From an uncultured delta proteobacterium (GTDB lineage Bacteria > Myxococcota > Myxococcia > Myxococcales > Myxococcaceae), in the NCBI GenBank assembly GCA_963796055.1, contig CAWCKH010000004.1, positions 832,001-896,000 on the forward strand: a stretch of 64,000 nucleotides of DNA, in the 5' to 3' direction. The position numbers were made by a program, and so were the translations under genes. The notes beneath the pieces are model-generated. The model did not search any database. It had not been told where the DNA came from and was given only the letters and a program-made list of their open reading frames with translations. This document shows, in pieces, positions 28,854 through 41,015 of this stretch; the first letter of the stretch is position 1, and each line of letters opens with the position of its first letter.

Positions 28854-29281
28854 TCGGTCGGCCCCGCGCGGCGGGTCAACAGCACGCACTCGGCGCCGGG
28901 CAGGCACTTCGCCATGTGGTGCGCCTTCGCCGGGATGACGATGTAGCTGCCCGGCTCGAGGTCGTACGCCTTGCCGTTGACGGTGAACTGACCCTTGCCG
29001 CTGATCACGAGGGTGTACTCGGTCGCCGAGTGCCAGTGCATGGGGAAGGTGTAGCCCGGGGGGAACTTGGCGTACCCGATGTTGGCGCCGCTGGCCGGAT
29101 CGGTGGCGATCGGCGAGGCGACTACCCCCGGCGGAATCTCCGGCGCCTTGGGCGGCGTCCACTTCGCGTCCTTCAGGTGCGCGACCTGCTGGTCCTCGGT
29201 GGAGGGTGGCTTGGCGTCGGCGGCGAGGACCAGCGTGGCCGGCAAGACGACGAACAGCGAGAGGCGAAGTGGGGCTTGCAT
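28835..29281 (-). CDS. Exported cupin domain protein
   Basis: Signal peptide and cupin motifs PMHWHSATEYTLVISG...PGSYIVIPAKAHH. Confidence 0.8.
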   Translation of the reverse strand: MQAPLRLSLFVVLPATLVLAADAKPPSTEDQQVAHLKDAKWTPPKAPEIPPGVVASPIATDPASGANIGYAKFPPGYTFPMHWHSATEYTLVISGKGQFTVNGKAYDLEPGSYIVIPAKAHHMAKCLPGAECVLLTRRAGPTDYNWVK

Positions 29282-29409
29282 CGGGGACCTCCGGGGTGTC
29301 GCGGTCAGGGAGGAAAGGCTGCCCCGGACCGGAGGTGGGCCGCCAGCCACTCCCGGCGGAGACCGTCCAGCCGCAACGGTGCGGCGCATGGGCGCTCCCT
29401 CCCCGGGGC

Positions 29410-30939
29410 TCACCCCGGTGCGTCACCGGACAGCGGAGCCGGGGAGCGGGCCCCCGCGGTGGGCGGAACCGCCGTCGTTCCATCTTGCACCGGCAGCGAC
29501 GCCGGGCTCGCCGTCCGCTTCGGCTTCCGCAGCCGCCACGCCTTCCAGAGCAGCGAGAGGGCCAGCCACACGCAGAGGACCACCACCGGCACCGCGAGGA
29601 CGCGAGGAAAGAACGCCCACAGCGAGGCGAGCAGCAGCAGCGCCAGTCCACCGAGGAGCACCATCCGCCCCTCCCCACCCTCGAGCGTCCGGCGCTCGCT
29701 GATCGCCGCGCTGACCGTGTTGCCGACCCGCAGGGCCCCGGCCGCCGCCCGGCTCGCGCTGCCGCGCACCTTCCGCGGGAGCCGCCGGGCCCGGGGCCTC
29801 GGCTCGGCGCTGCGGAGCCGTTTGCCGGCCAGCACCAGCTCGGTGGAGTTCTCCAGGTCGGAGAGGAACATGTCCTCCATCTCGCCGGCGAACCGCGCGT
29901 CCTCCACCGCCACGTCCAGCTCGTAGTTGGCGAGCCAGCTGGCGATGTTCAGGTTGGTCGAGCCCACGCGCGCCCAGAGGCCGTCGCAGACCGCGGTCTT
30001 GGCGTGGAGCATCGGGCCCTTCCACTCGAACACCCGGATGCCGGACTCGAGCAGCACCCGGAAGCCGGCCCGGGAGAAGGGCTGGAGCGTGGGGATGTCG
30101 CTCGCGCCGGGAACCAGCAGCCGGATGTCCACCCCGTCGAGCGCCGCGGCCCGAAGCGCCTGGATGTACGGCGGCGCGCCGGCGAAATACGCGTCGGTGA
30201 TCCACAGCGTCTTCCGCGCGGCGCCAGCGATGAACTGGTCCAGCCGGAGCAGGCCCGCGGTGCCCGGCTCGTCGCCGATCACCCGGAGCCGCGTCTCCCC
30301 GGCGGGCTCCATCTCCGCCCGGGGCCGACGTTCGCCCTCGGGCAGCGGCAGCCCCACGGTCGCCCAGACCCGGGCGAAGGCTTGCTCGACGTCGGCGACC
30401 GCCGGGCCGGCGAGCCGAACCCCGGTGTCGCGCCAGGGCGGGATGCCCTTCGCCGGATCCCCCGACCAGGCATCTCCCACGCAGAGCCCGGAGACGAAGG
30501 CCGCCCGTCCGTCGACGCTCACCGTCTTGCGGTGATCGCGGTGCACCCAGCTCAGCGGGCTCGACCAGTCGAAGGGGTTGAAGCAGCGGACCTCGACCCC
30601 CGCCTCGCGGAGCGTGCGCCAGACCCGGGACGAGGTCCCCAGGCAGCCGGCCCAGTCGTAGAGGAACCTGACTGGTATTCCGGCCCGTGCCCGCTCACAC
30701 AGCGCCTCGACGAACACCTGCCCGGTGCGGTCGCTCCGGAAGATGTAGGTCTCGAAGTACACGTAGCGGCGGGCGGAGGCGATGGCCTCGAGCCAGGCGG
30801 GGAAGTTCTCCGGGCCGTCGCGGAGCAGCCGGAGGTCGTTGTTGGCCACGGGCGGAGCGCCGGCCGCGCGGGCCAGCGCCACGTCCACCCAGTCCGCCTC
30901 GCGACCTTCGCCGATCGGATTGCCGTTCGTCGCCGCCAC
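29410..30939 (-). CDS. Cardiolipin synthase-like phospholipase D family protein
   Basis: Two HKD motifs (HRKTVSVD, HAKTAVCD), WRDT and GSTN. GTG start after AGGAGG. C-terminal TM segment. Confidence 0.88.
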   Translation of the reverse strand: MAATNGNPIGEGREADWVDVALARAAGAPPVANNDLRLLRDGPENFPAWLEAIASARRYVYFETYIFRSDRTGQVFVEALCERARAGIPVRFLYDWAGCLGTSSRVWRTLREAGVEVRCFNPFDWSSPLSWVHRDHRKTVSVDGRAAFVSGLCVGDAWSGDPAKGIPPWRDTGVRLAGPAVADVEQAFARVWATVGLPLPEGERRPRAEMEPAGETRLRVIGDEPGTAGLLRLDQFIAGAARKTLWITDAYFAGAPPYIQALRAAALDGVDIRLLVPGASDIPTLQPFSRAGFRVLLESGIRVFEWKGPMLHAKTAVCDGLWARVGSTNLNIASWLANYELDVAVEDARFAGEMEDMFLSDLENSTELVLAGKRLRSAEPRPRARRLPRKVRGSASRAAAGALRVGNTVSAAISERRTLEGGEGRMVLLGGLALLLLASLWAFFPRVLAVPVVVLCVWLALSLLWKAWRLRKPKRTASPASLPVQDGTTAVPPTAGARSPAPLSGDAPG

Positions 30940-31036
30940 GTCGCCTCCTGGCGATCTCCATTTCACCGACGCATCTCGGCCGTCAACCCGGGACCGGGTG
31001 ACCAGACGCACTGGAGTCACCGCCAGACCGTCGCGG

Positions 31037-31822
31037 TCAGGAGCCCCGCTCGGCCCGCGAGCCCGAGGCTGGCACCGGGGGCGGCTCGCGCGGCTCGGCG
31101 ATGGTGGGCTCCGGGGGCGCCATCGACTCCGGGCAGCTGTAATTGCTGTACCGGAAATCCATCCGCCCCCGCCGCTTGTAGAACAGCAGCCCGCCCTCGA
31201 TGGCCACGCTCACCTCGGAGCGCGCATCGAGCAGCCCGACCCGGGTTGCGTACTTCGCCTGCACCACGACCTTGGTGACGAACGTGGGCGGGTTGACCAG
31301 GCCGGCGGTCCACTCCAGCAGCCGCCCGGTGGCGCGGTCGAAGGCCGCCATGCCCTCGAACAGCCCCGGGTCGTTCCGGTGCGCGTAGGTGGGGTGAAAG
31401 CTGATCCGCATCGGCTCGCTCGCCGCTCCGTCCGCCCGGAAGAACATGTAGAGCGCTCGGGCGTCGGGGTGGAACGGGGAACGGAACTTCTGCGTCTCGG
31501 AGGCGAACTTCTGCTCCTTCCGCATCTGCTCGGTCACGTCCTTGTCCGAGTGGCGGGCGGAGACGATCTCGATGCGCTGGGCCGGTGCCAGGCCGAGGAA
31601 ACGCCGGACCACGAACAGCTCCCGCCCAGACTTGATTCGCCCGTCTCCGTCGAGCTCCATCGCATGCTGCGCCTCGACCCAGGCGGTGCACCGCGAGAGC
31701 GCCCGCTCCTGCTCCATCGCCTGCTTGACGAAGTCGGTGGTGGTCACCGGCGCCGCGGCAACGGTGGTGGTCGCCGACCAGGCGAGAAGCGCGGCAGGGA
31801 GCGCCAGCATCCGCAGCAGCAT
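31037..31822 (-). CDS. Hypothetical exported protein
   Basis: Signal-peptide-like MLLRMLALPAALLAWSA, beta-rich body, GC-biased third positions. Confidence 0.65.
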   Translation of the reverse strand: MLLRMLALPAALLAWSATTTVAAAPVTTTDFVKQAMEQERALSRCTAWVEAQHAMELDGDGRIKSGRELFVVRRFLGLAPAQRIEIVSARHSDKDVTEQMRKEQKFASETQKFRSPFHPDARALYMFFRADGAASEPMRISFHPTYAHRNDPGLFEGMAAFDRATGRLLEWTAGLVNPPTFVTKVVVQAKYATRVGLLDARSEVSVAIEGGLLFYKRRGRMDFRYSNYSCPESMAPPEPTIAEPREPPPVPASGSRAERGS

Positions 31823-32117
31823 GGCACGGGATCGGCCGGGAGGTCTTTCCACCCCGCCAGTCTGTCTTCTGCCCGCCACCCCTGCTGCTAGCCTGTCACC
31901 CGTGCGCACTCCCGACGCTCCTTTGCCGACCGACATGAGCACACCGGGCCTGGAGCAGAAGATCCGGGCGCTCCGGTTCTCGTGGATCAAGGACGTGGTC
32001 CAGGCAGTCGCATTCACCGCGGCCGGAATCTGGGCCGTTTACGGCTGGCGTATCCGCTCCGCAAGGAGTGCTACGGTCTCATTGCTCAGGCCGACGGCTC
32101 GGTGATGGTGTCGGTGA

Positions 32118-34696
<2,579 letters not shown>

Positions 34697-34880
34697 GCCG
34701 AGCTTCGTCGATCGAGCACCCCGTCGTTCAGAAAGCGAAGCGGGCTGAAATTCGTGGTCCGGCTGGCAGCTTGCCCTGCCGGCGGCGCCGGAGATCGCTG
34801 CGCAATCGATGGGCGCTTGACGGCGCTGCAACTTCCTGACGTGTTTCGGTTCCACGGCGATCCGAGGGGGAGAGGGCCGA

Positions 34881-35465
34881 ATGGACCAGCTCTACACGAC
34901 CCACGACATCAGCAGGCTGCTGCAGGTCGACCCGTCCACCGTGAGCAAGTGGATCGACCGCGGCATCCTGCTCGCCTTCCGGACTCCCGGAGGGCATCGG
35001 CGCGTCCGCAGCGGGGATCTGCGGAGCTTCCTGATCGCCCACCAGATGCCGCTCCCGGACGAGCTCGGCAGCGACTCGGTGAAGCTCCTGGTGGTGGACG
35101 ACGAGAAGCCGGTGCTCGATGCGATGCGGCGGGCGTTCAAGTCGCACGGATCCGAGGTCGAGCTGACCACCACCTCCAGCGGAGTGGAGGCGCTGCTCCT
35201 GGTCTCGGAGCTGAAGCCGCACGGGATGCTCATCGACCTGAACATGCCGGACATGGACGGGTTCGAGGTCTGCCGGCGCATCCGGGCGCGGAAGCCGCTG
35301 GAGGGGGTGCGACTCATCACCATGACCGGACGGCACAACCCCGAGCTGGTGGAGCAGTCGCTCAAGGCCGGCGCGGTGGCCTGCCTACCGAAACCGGTCG
35401 AGGTGGAGACGCTGCTGGAGGTCTTCCGGGTGCCCCTGGGTCTGGGAAAGAAGGCGACGGGCTGA
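34881..35465 (+). CDS. Response regulator with N-terminal excisionase/MerR-like HTH
   Basis: YTTHDISRLLQVDPSTVSKWID...RTPGGHRR followed by receiver LVVDD...IDLNMP...KP. Confidence 0.9.
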   Translation: MDQLYTTHDISRLLQVDPSTVSKWIDRGILLAFRTPGGHRRVRSGDLRSFLIAHQMPLPDELGSDSVKLLVVDDEKPVLDAMRRAFKSHGSEVELTTTSSGVEALLLVSELKPHGMLIDLNMPDMDGFEVCRRIRARKPLEGVRLITMTGRHNPELVEQSLKAGAVACLPKPVEVETLLEVFRVPLGLGKKATG

Positions 35466-35631
35466 CGCCTGCGGAGCCCCGCAGGGGAGCCACGTCCAAG
35501 CTCAGAGCTGAATGTCGCCGCTGCCGGCCTCGATGCGGCAGCTGCGTGCCTTTCTCCACCAGCTTGGCCACGACCAGACGCGAGAGGTCCTCCCCGGCGA
35601 TGGAGAGGGTCAGGCCGTAGCTTGAGGGAGG

Positions 35632-36183
35632 TCAGTCGTCCTCGCGGGCGAGGTGTACGGTGGGGGGCCCGGAGGGGTCTCGCTCCACGTGGACGACCCA
35701 CGGGCGGCAGCAGACGGGGCAGTCCTCCACGTACTGCTCGGCGGACATCCCCGTCGGCTCGACCTGCACCAGGACCCGCTCGCCGCAGTACGGGCACGGG
35801 ACGCCCACGGCCACCCGGTCCGGTACTGCCGCGCGTCCCTCGAGCGGAAGCTCGACCTGCGCCGGCACCGGCTCCCGCAGGGCCAGCCGCTCCTGGAAGC
35901 CCAGCACCAGCGACTCCAGCGCCTCCACGTCGACCCCCGACACGCGCGAGGGGAGGCTCTCCAGCCGGCGACGGACCCGTCCGAGGATCGTCACCGCTCC
36001 ATCGAGGCGCCCCTCGCTCCACACCAGCAGGGCGGCGGAGAGCTGGGCCAGCGCCTGGAGGAGGTTCCGCGCCTCGCCCTCGCTCCGGCGCCAGGCGGTC
36101 TCGAAGGCCTCGTGCGAGGCACGCCAGCTCCCGGTGCCCAGCAGGCGCGCACCGGCCAGCAGCTCGGGGTCGACCCCGGCCAT
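35632..36183 (-). CDS. DUF309-like domain fused to a CPXCG Cys-rich domain
   Basis: ASHEAFETAW...LQALAQ, then CPYCGE...YVEDCPVCCRP. Confidence 0.75.
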   Translation of the reverse strand: MAGVDPELLAGARLLGTGSWRASHEAFETAWRRSEGEARNLLQALAQLSAALLVWSEGRLDGAVTILGRVRRRLESLPSRVSGVDVEALESLVLGFQERLALREPVPAQVELPLEGRAAVPDRVAVGVPCPYCGERVLVQVEPTGMSAEQYVEDCPVCCRPWVVHVERDPSGPPTVHLAREDD

Positions 36184-36196
36184 GGCCCAGGGCCGC

Positions 36197-37519
36197 TCAG
36201 GCGCCCGGAGGCTCGGAGGAGAGGACCAGGTCGCCGCGGTGCATGAACTCGCCGTCGCTGAACGCGCCGTAGAACTCGTCCAGCATCGCGTCGAAGTCCG
36301 GGTAGCGCGACTCGCGCCGGTCGTGGGTCATCTTGTCGAAGATGGGGTCGAGCTTGCTGGGTACCTCGGCGTTCACCTCCGAGGGCAAGGGCGAGCGCCG
36401 GCCGGGGATGCCCCCGGTCAGCATCTCGTAGAGGAGGATGCCCAGGCCGTAGACGTCCGCCGCCGGACCGGGGTCCTTCCGGGTGATGAGCTCCGGGGCG
36501 AAGTAGCTGAGCGAGCCCGTCCCCACGAAGACCTGGGGCAACCCCTTGCCCGGCTCGACCTCGATGACCCGGCTGAGCCCGAAGTCGCCGAGCCTGGCGT
36601 TGCCGTAGCCGTCGTAGAGGACGTTCTCCGGCTTGAGGTTGTGGTGGGTCAGCCCGGAGGCGTGGGCGGCTCGCAGGGCGTAGGAGAGCTGTAGGAAGGT
36701 GCGGATCGACTCGCCGACCGGGAGGCTCTTGCCGCCCGCGCGCTCCAGGCGGTCACGCAGCGAGCTGGTCAGCAGCTCCATCACCACGTACGGCCGCGCA
36801 CCGTCCATGGACTGGTCCACGATGCTCACCACCGCCGGGTGCCGCACGTGGGCCTGGGCGCACAGCTCGCGCTTCAGCCGCTTCAGGACCTCGCCGCGCT
36901 GGAGGAAGGAGAAGTAGCCGAAGATGTCCTTCAGCTCCTTGATGCACACCTCCGTCCCCAGCGCCAGGTGCTTGCCCCGGTGGACCGCGCCGAGCGGACC
37001 GCCGCCGATCGCCTCCCCCTTGGAGTAGCGGCCGTCGAGGTCCGCGGCGGGCTCGGCAGGAGCGGCGGCGCGGCGGAGCGGACGGGGAGCAGCGGCGGGG
37101 GCCGGGGCGGGGGGAGGATTCAAGTCGGCGGTCTCCACGGAGAGGTCGTCGGTCACGTTGTCGGTATCGAACGGGAGAGGGCCGTCGCTGATCGGCTCGT
37201 CCACCGGTGCCAGCTGCTCGCTGAAGAACTCGCCCACCTCGCCGCTGAACCGGTCGAGGTCTGCGCCGTCCACCACCCGCTCACCGGAGTCGGTCAGCTT
37301 GAGCTGCGCCTCGCGGTCCATGGCGATGTAGTGGAACTTGCGGAGGAAGAAGAAGTAGGCGTCGAACTCGAGGCTCACCGCCGGCTCCAGGGCGGTCTTC
37401 ACCTCGGCCAGCTTGTTGGAGCGCCCCTGCTTGGAGTTGTCGCGCAGGTTCTTGAGGATGAAGAGAGCCTCGCCGCTCACCGTGTCGCGGTTAAGGATCG
37501 CTCGTGAGGCCGTGGTCAT
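36197..37519 (-). CDS. Ser/Thr kinase-like protein, probable pseudokinase
   Basis: GGGPLG, VCIKE, DFG and APE are present, but the catalytic loop reads HHNLKPEN. Confidence 0.85.
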   Translation of the reverse strand: MTTASRAILNRDTVSGEALFILKNLRDNSKQGRSNKLAEVKTALEPAVSLEFDAYFFFLRKFHYIAMDREAQLKLTDSGERVVDGADLDRFSGEVGEFFSEQLAPVDEPISDGPLPFDTDNVTDDLSVETADLNPPPAPAPAAAPRPLRRAAAPAEPAADLDGRYSKGEAIGGGPLGAVHRGKHLALGTEVCIKELKDIFGYFSFLQRGEVLKRLKRELCAQAHVRHPAVVSIVDQSMDGARPYVVMELLTSSLRDRLERAGGKSLPVGESIRTFLQLSYALRAAHASGLTHHNLKPENVLYDGYGNARLGDFGLSRVIEVEPGKGLPQVFVGTGSLSYFAPELITRKDPGPAADVYGLGILLYEMLTGGIPGRRSPLPSEVNAEVPSKLDPIFDKMTHDRRESRYPDFDAMLDEFYGAFSDGEFMHRGDLVLSSEPPGA

Positions 37520-37550
37520 TCGTTACCCGGGTTGAAACGAAGGTGAGACT

Positions 37551-38288
37551 CTAGCTGATCCGCAGAAGGCGCTTCACGGTCTCCAGGACCTCGGCGAACT
37601 TCACCGGTTTGCGGAGGTACACCTCCACACCTTCTGCTCTCGCCCGCTGCTCCGCCTCACGCCCACCTCCGCTGATCGCCACCACAGGGATGTGGCGGAG
37701 CTTCGGCTCGGACCTGATCTTCTGGACGAGGGCGAAGCCGTCCATCACCGGCATGTACAGATCGGTCATCACCAGATGGAAGTCGCCTTCGGCGAGCGCC
37801 TGCAGGGCTGCATGCCCGTCCGCCGCGAAGTGGACCTCCATCGGCACCTTCCCCCGGAGCTCGGCGGTGGCGAGCTTCTTCAGGACGTAGCTGTACATCT
37901 CGACCACCAGCGGGTTGTCCTCCACCAGCAGCACCCTGAACCCGCCCTCCGGTGCCTCGGGCGCGCGGCTCGCCCGCCCACCCAGCACCGCGTCGAGCCG
38001 GCGGCGATCGGCCTCGTCGGGGACGCGGATGCCCACGCCCCCGGAGCTGTCCTCGCGTGCCGGCCGCACCCAGACCACCTCCCCCTGGAGCGCCACCGGC
38101 TCCAGCAGGCCGGGGAAGCCCACGGAGAGGCGAACGGGCTGGCCGATGGCAAACCGCTCCGAGGTCTGCACGAAGAGCCCGCCCCGGGAGAGATTCTCGG
38201 TGGCATCGAGGCAATCGGTGCGATCGCGGAAATTCACCCGGAGCACGAAGGGTGCGCGCGGATCGGCTCGCTTGTCTTCAGTGGCCAT
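37551..38288 (-). CDS. PilZ (myxobacterial TIGR02266-like) and receiver domain protein
   Basis: KRADPR...ENLSRGGLFV...GEVVW, then LLVED...TDLYMP...KP. Confidence 0.88.
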   Translation of the reverse strand: MATEDKRADPRAPFVLRVNFRDRTDCLDATENLSRGGLFVQTSERFAIGQPVRLSVGFPGLLEPVALQGEVVWVRPAREDSSGGVGIRVPDEADRRRLDAVLGGRASRAPEAPEGGFRVLLVEDNPLVVEMYSYVLKKLATAELRGKVPMEVHFAADGHAALQALAEGDFHLVMTDLYMPVMDGFALVQKIRSEPKLRHIPVVAISGGGREAEQRARAEGVEVYLRKPVKFAEVLETVKRLLRIS

Positions 38289-38303
38289 CAAGAATCCCCA
38301 TCG

Positions 38304-38333
38304 TTGACAAGCGGTTGGGTCGTCCCTTACGAA
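38304..38333 (+). promoter_or_regulatory. Candidate sigma70 promoter of nuoE
   Basis: Perfect TTGACA at 38304-38309, 18-bp spacer, TACGAA (weak -10). ATG follows 11 bp later. Confidence 0.4.
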
Positions 38334-38344
38334 GCGCGGGCCCC

Positions 38345-38845
38345 ATGGCCTCGCCCCTTCTGACGGCCGAAGAGCAGCGGGTCTTCGACGACCGGCTCGC
38401 CGAAATTCTCTCGCACTACCCGGCGGACCGGAAGAGCGCGGCGATGCTTCCTGCGCTGCACCTGTTGCAGGGGATGAAGGGATGGCTCCCACCTGACGGG
38501 CTGGAGATGGTGGCCCGGAAGCTCGAGGTCTCCCCGGAGCGGGCCTACGAGGTCGCCACCTTCTACGTGATGTTCCACACCCGGAAGCCGGGCAAGTACA
38601 TCGTGGACGTCTGTACCAACCTGTCGTGCAGCCTGTGGGGAGCGGAGGACCTGCTCGCCCATCTGGAGGCGAAGCTCGGGGTGAAGGCGGGCGAGAGCAA
38701 CGCCACCTGGACCCTGCGCGAGGCCGAGTGCCTCGCCTCCTGCGGCACCGCCCCCTGCCTGCAGATCAACGAGGTCCACCACGAGAACCTCCGTTCGCGG
38801 GCTGCGGTGGACGCGGTCTTCGCCCAGCTCAAGCCCGCCTCGTAA
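38345..38845 (+). CDS. nuoE: NADH-quinone oxidoreductase subunit E
   Basis: VATFYVMF, VCTNLSC and ECLASCGTAP ([2Fe-2S] ligands). Confidence 0.93.
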   Translation: MASPLLTAEEQRVFDDRLAEILSHYPADRKSAAMLPALHLLQGMKGWLPPDGLEMVARKLEVSPERAYEVATFYVMFHTRKPGKYIVDVCTNLSCSLWGAEDLLAHLEAKLGVKAGESNATWTLREAECLASCGTAPCLQINEVHHENLRSRAAVDAVFAQLKPAS

Positions 38846-38866
38846 AGGTCCGCAGGAGTCCCCCCG

Positions 38867-40201
38867 ATGCCCCTGGCCGCCGAGAAGATCATCACCCGAA
38901 ACTGGGGGCGTCCGAACTCCTGGACCCTGGACGCCTACCGGAACACGGGCGGCTACACGACCCTGGAGAAGGTGCTGGGCATGCAGCCTGCCCAGATCAT
39001 CGACGAGGTGAAGCGCAGCAACCTCCGGGGCCGCGGCGGCGCCGGCTTCCCCACCGGGATGAAGTGGAGCTTCGTCCCCAAGGACAGCCCCAAGCCCAGG
39101 TACCTGGCGGTGAACGCCGACGAGTCGGAGCCGGGGACGTTCAAGGACCGCTACATCCTCGAGTACGACCCGCACATGCTCCTGGAGGGCGTCGCCATCA
39201 CCTGCTTCGGTCTGGGCGCGCACACCGCCTACATCTACGTGCGGGGTGAGTTCCGTTTCCAGGCCGAGCGGCTGCAGAAGGCGATCGAGGAGGCGTACCG
39301 CGCCGGCATCTTCGGCAAGACGGTGCTCGGCCGTGACTTCCTGCTCGATTGCTACGTGGTGCGGGGGGCGGGCGCGTACATCTGCGGCGAGGAGACGGGG
39401 ATGCTCGAGTCCCTGGAGGGGAAGAAGGGCTGGCCGCGTCTGAAACCCCCCTTCCCCGCAGTGGTGGGCCTCTTCGGCTGCCCCACGGTGGTGAACAACG
39501 TGGAGACCCTGGCCTCGGTGCCGGCCATCTTCCAGCGCGGCGCCGACTGGTTCGCCAAGCTGGGCCCGGACAAGTCGGGTGGCTCGCGCATGATCTGCCT
39601 GTCCGGCTCGGTGAACCGCCCGGGGGTGTTCGAGATCCTGATGTCCACCACGGTCCGCGAGCTCATCGAGAGCCCGGACTTCGGCCAGGGCATGCCCGCT
39701 GGCCGCAAGGTGAAGGCGGTCATCCCCGGGGGCTCGTCGGCCCCGGTGCTCAGCGCGGAAGAGCTGGACGTGGCGCTGGAGTTCGAGGCGCTCAAGGGGC
39801 TGCAGAACATGGCCGGCTCGGGTGGGGTCATCGTCATGGACGACGCGACCTGCCTGGTGCGGAGCCTGTGGCGGGTGACGCGCTTCTACGCCGAGGAATC
39901 CTGTGGCCAGTGCACCCCCTGCCGCGAGGGCACGCCGTGGATGACCCGGGTGCTGCGGAAGATCGAGGAGGGCCGGGGCGAGCCGGGGGACATCGAGACC
40001 CTGCTCAACGTGGCGCAGAGCATCGCCCCCTACCCTCCGATGGGACTGGGACAGACCATCTGCGCACTGGGCGACGCGGCGGCGCTCCCGGTGCACAGCT
40101 TCGTGGTGAAGTTCCGGCAAGAGTTCGAGGATCACATCCGGCTCGGGAAGTGCCCGTTCGGCGACAAGCCCTGGGGCCACTACGGAGCGATGACCGCGTG
40201 A
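38867..40201 (+). CDS. nuoF: NADH-quinone oxidoreductase subunit F
   Basis: LRGRGGAGFPTG, NADESEPG, GAGAYICGEET and ESCGQCTPCREG motifs. Confidence 0.97.
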   Translation: MPLAAEKIITRNWGRPNSWTLDAYRNTGGYTTLEKVLGMQPAQIIDEVKRSNLRGRGGAGFPTGMKWSFVPKDSPKPRYLAVNADESEPGTFKDRYILEYDPHMLLEGVAITCFGLGAHTAYIYVRGEFRFQAERLQKAIEEAYRAGIFGKTVLGRDFLLDCYVVRGAGAYICGEETGMLESLEGKKGWPRLKPPFPAVVGLFGCPTVVNNVETLASVPAIFQRGADWFAKLGPDKSGGSRMICLSGSVNRPGVFEILMSTTVRELIESPDFGQGMPAGRKVKAVIPGGSSAPVLSAEELDVALEFEALKGLQNMAGSGGVIVMDDATCLVRSLWRVTRFYAEESCGQCTPCREGTPWMTRVLRKIEEGRGEPGDIETLLNVAQSIAPYPPMGLGQTICALGDAAALPVHSFVVKFRQEFEDHIRLGKCPFGDKPWGHYGAMTA

Positions 40202-40686
40202 CCACCTTCGTCTTCTATTTCTTCGCCATCCTCACCGTGGTCGCCGCCGCGGGGGTCATCGCCGCGCGGAGCCCCATGTACTCGGCGATGTCCCTGGTGG
40301 GGACGTTCTTCTGCCTGGCCGCCATCTACGTCCTGCTGCTGGCGCACACCATCGCCGTGCTTCAAGTCCTGGTCTACGCCGGGGCGATCATGGTGCTGTT
40401 CCTCTTCGTGATCATGCTCCTGTCCCTCGGGGAGGCGGTGGGACCGGCGAAGGTCACCTTCCCGCGGGTGGTGGGTGGCATCGCCTCGGCGGCCCTCTTC
40501 GCGCTCCTGGTGGTCGCGGCCCGGCCCTTCGTCCCGGTGGGCGCGCAGCCGCCGCCCAGCTTCGGCACGCTCCAGTCGATCGGAGCGCAGCTCTACACGC
40601 AGTGGCTCGCGCCCTTCGAGGCGGTGTCACTGCTCCTCCTGGTGGCCATGGTCGGTGCGGTCGTGGTCGCCAAGTCCCGCGTCTGA
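40198..40686 (+). CDS. nuoJ: NADH-quinone oxidoreductase subunit J
   Basis: QVLVYAGAIMVLFLFVIMLL and PFEAVSLLLLVAMVGAVV. GTGA overlap with nuoF. Confidence 0.93.
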   Translation: MTTFVFYFFAILTVVAAAGVIAARSPMYSAMSLVGTFFCLAAIYVLLLAHTIAVLQVLVYAGAIMVLFLFVIMLLSLGEAVGPAKVTFPRVVGGIASAALFALLVVAARPFVPVGAQPPPSFGTLQSIGAQLYTQWLAPFEAVSLLLLVAMVGAVVVAKSRV

Positions 40687-40699
40687 AACGGGGGCATCG

Positions 40700-41008
40700 G
40701 TGGACGGCATCACCTTGCAGCACTATCTGTTCCTCGGCGCGCTGCTGTTCAGCCTCGGCGTGTTCGGCGTGCTGGTGCGCCGCAACGCGCTGGTGGTCTT
40801 CATGTGCGTCGAGCTGATGCTCAACGCCTCCAACCTGACCTTCCTCGCCTTCGCCCGCGATGCGGGGGTGGACGTGGGCCACCTCCCGGCGCTCTTCGTC
40901 ATCGCCGTCGCGGCGGCAGAGGCGTCCATCGGCCTGGCGATCATCATCGCCGTGTTCCGCAGCCGCGGGACGGTGAACGTGGACGACATCCGGACGATGA
41001 GGCTCTGA
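40700..41008 (+). CDS. nuoK: NADH-quinone oxidoreductase subunit K
   Basis: RRNALVVFMCVELMLNA and VAAAEASIGLAII motifs. Confidence 0.93.
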   Translation: MDGITLQHYLFLGALLFSLGVFGVLVRRNALVVFMCVELMLNASNLTFLAFARDAGVDVGHLPALFVIAVAAAEASIGLAIIIAVFRSRGTVNVDDIRTMRL

Positions 41009-41015
41009 CCGACCG

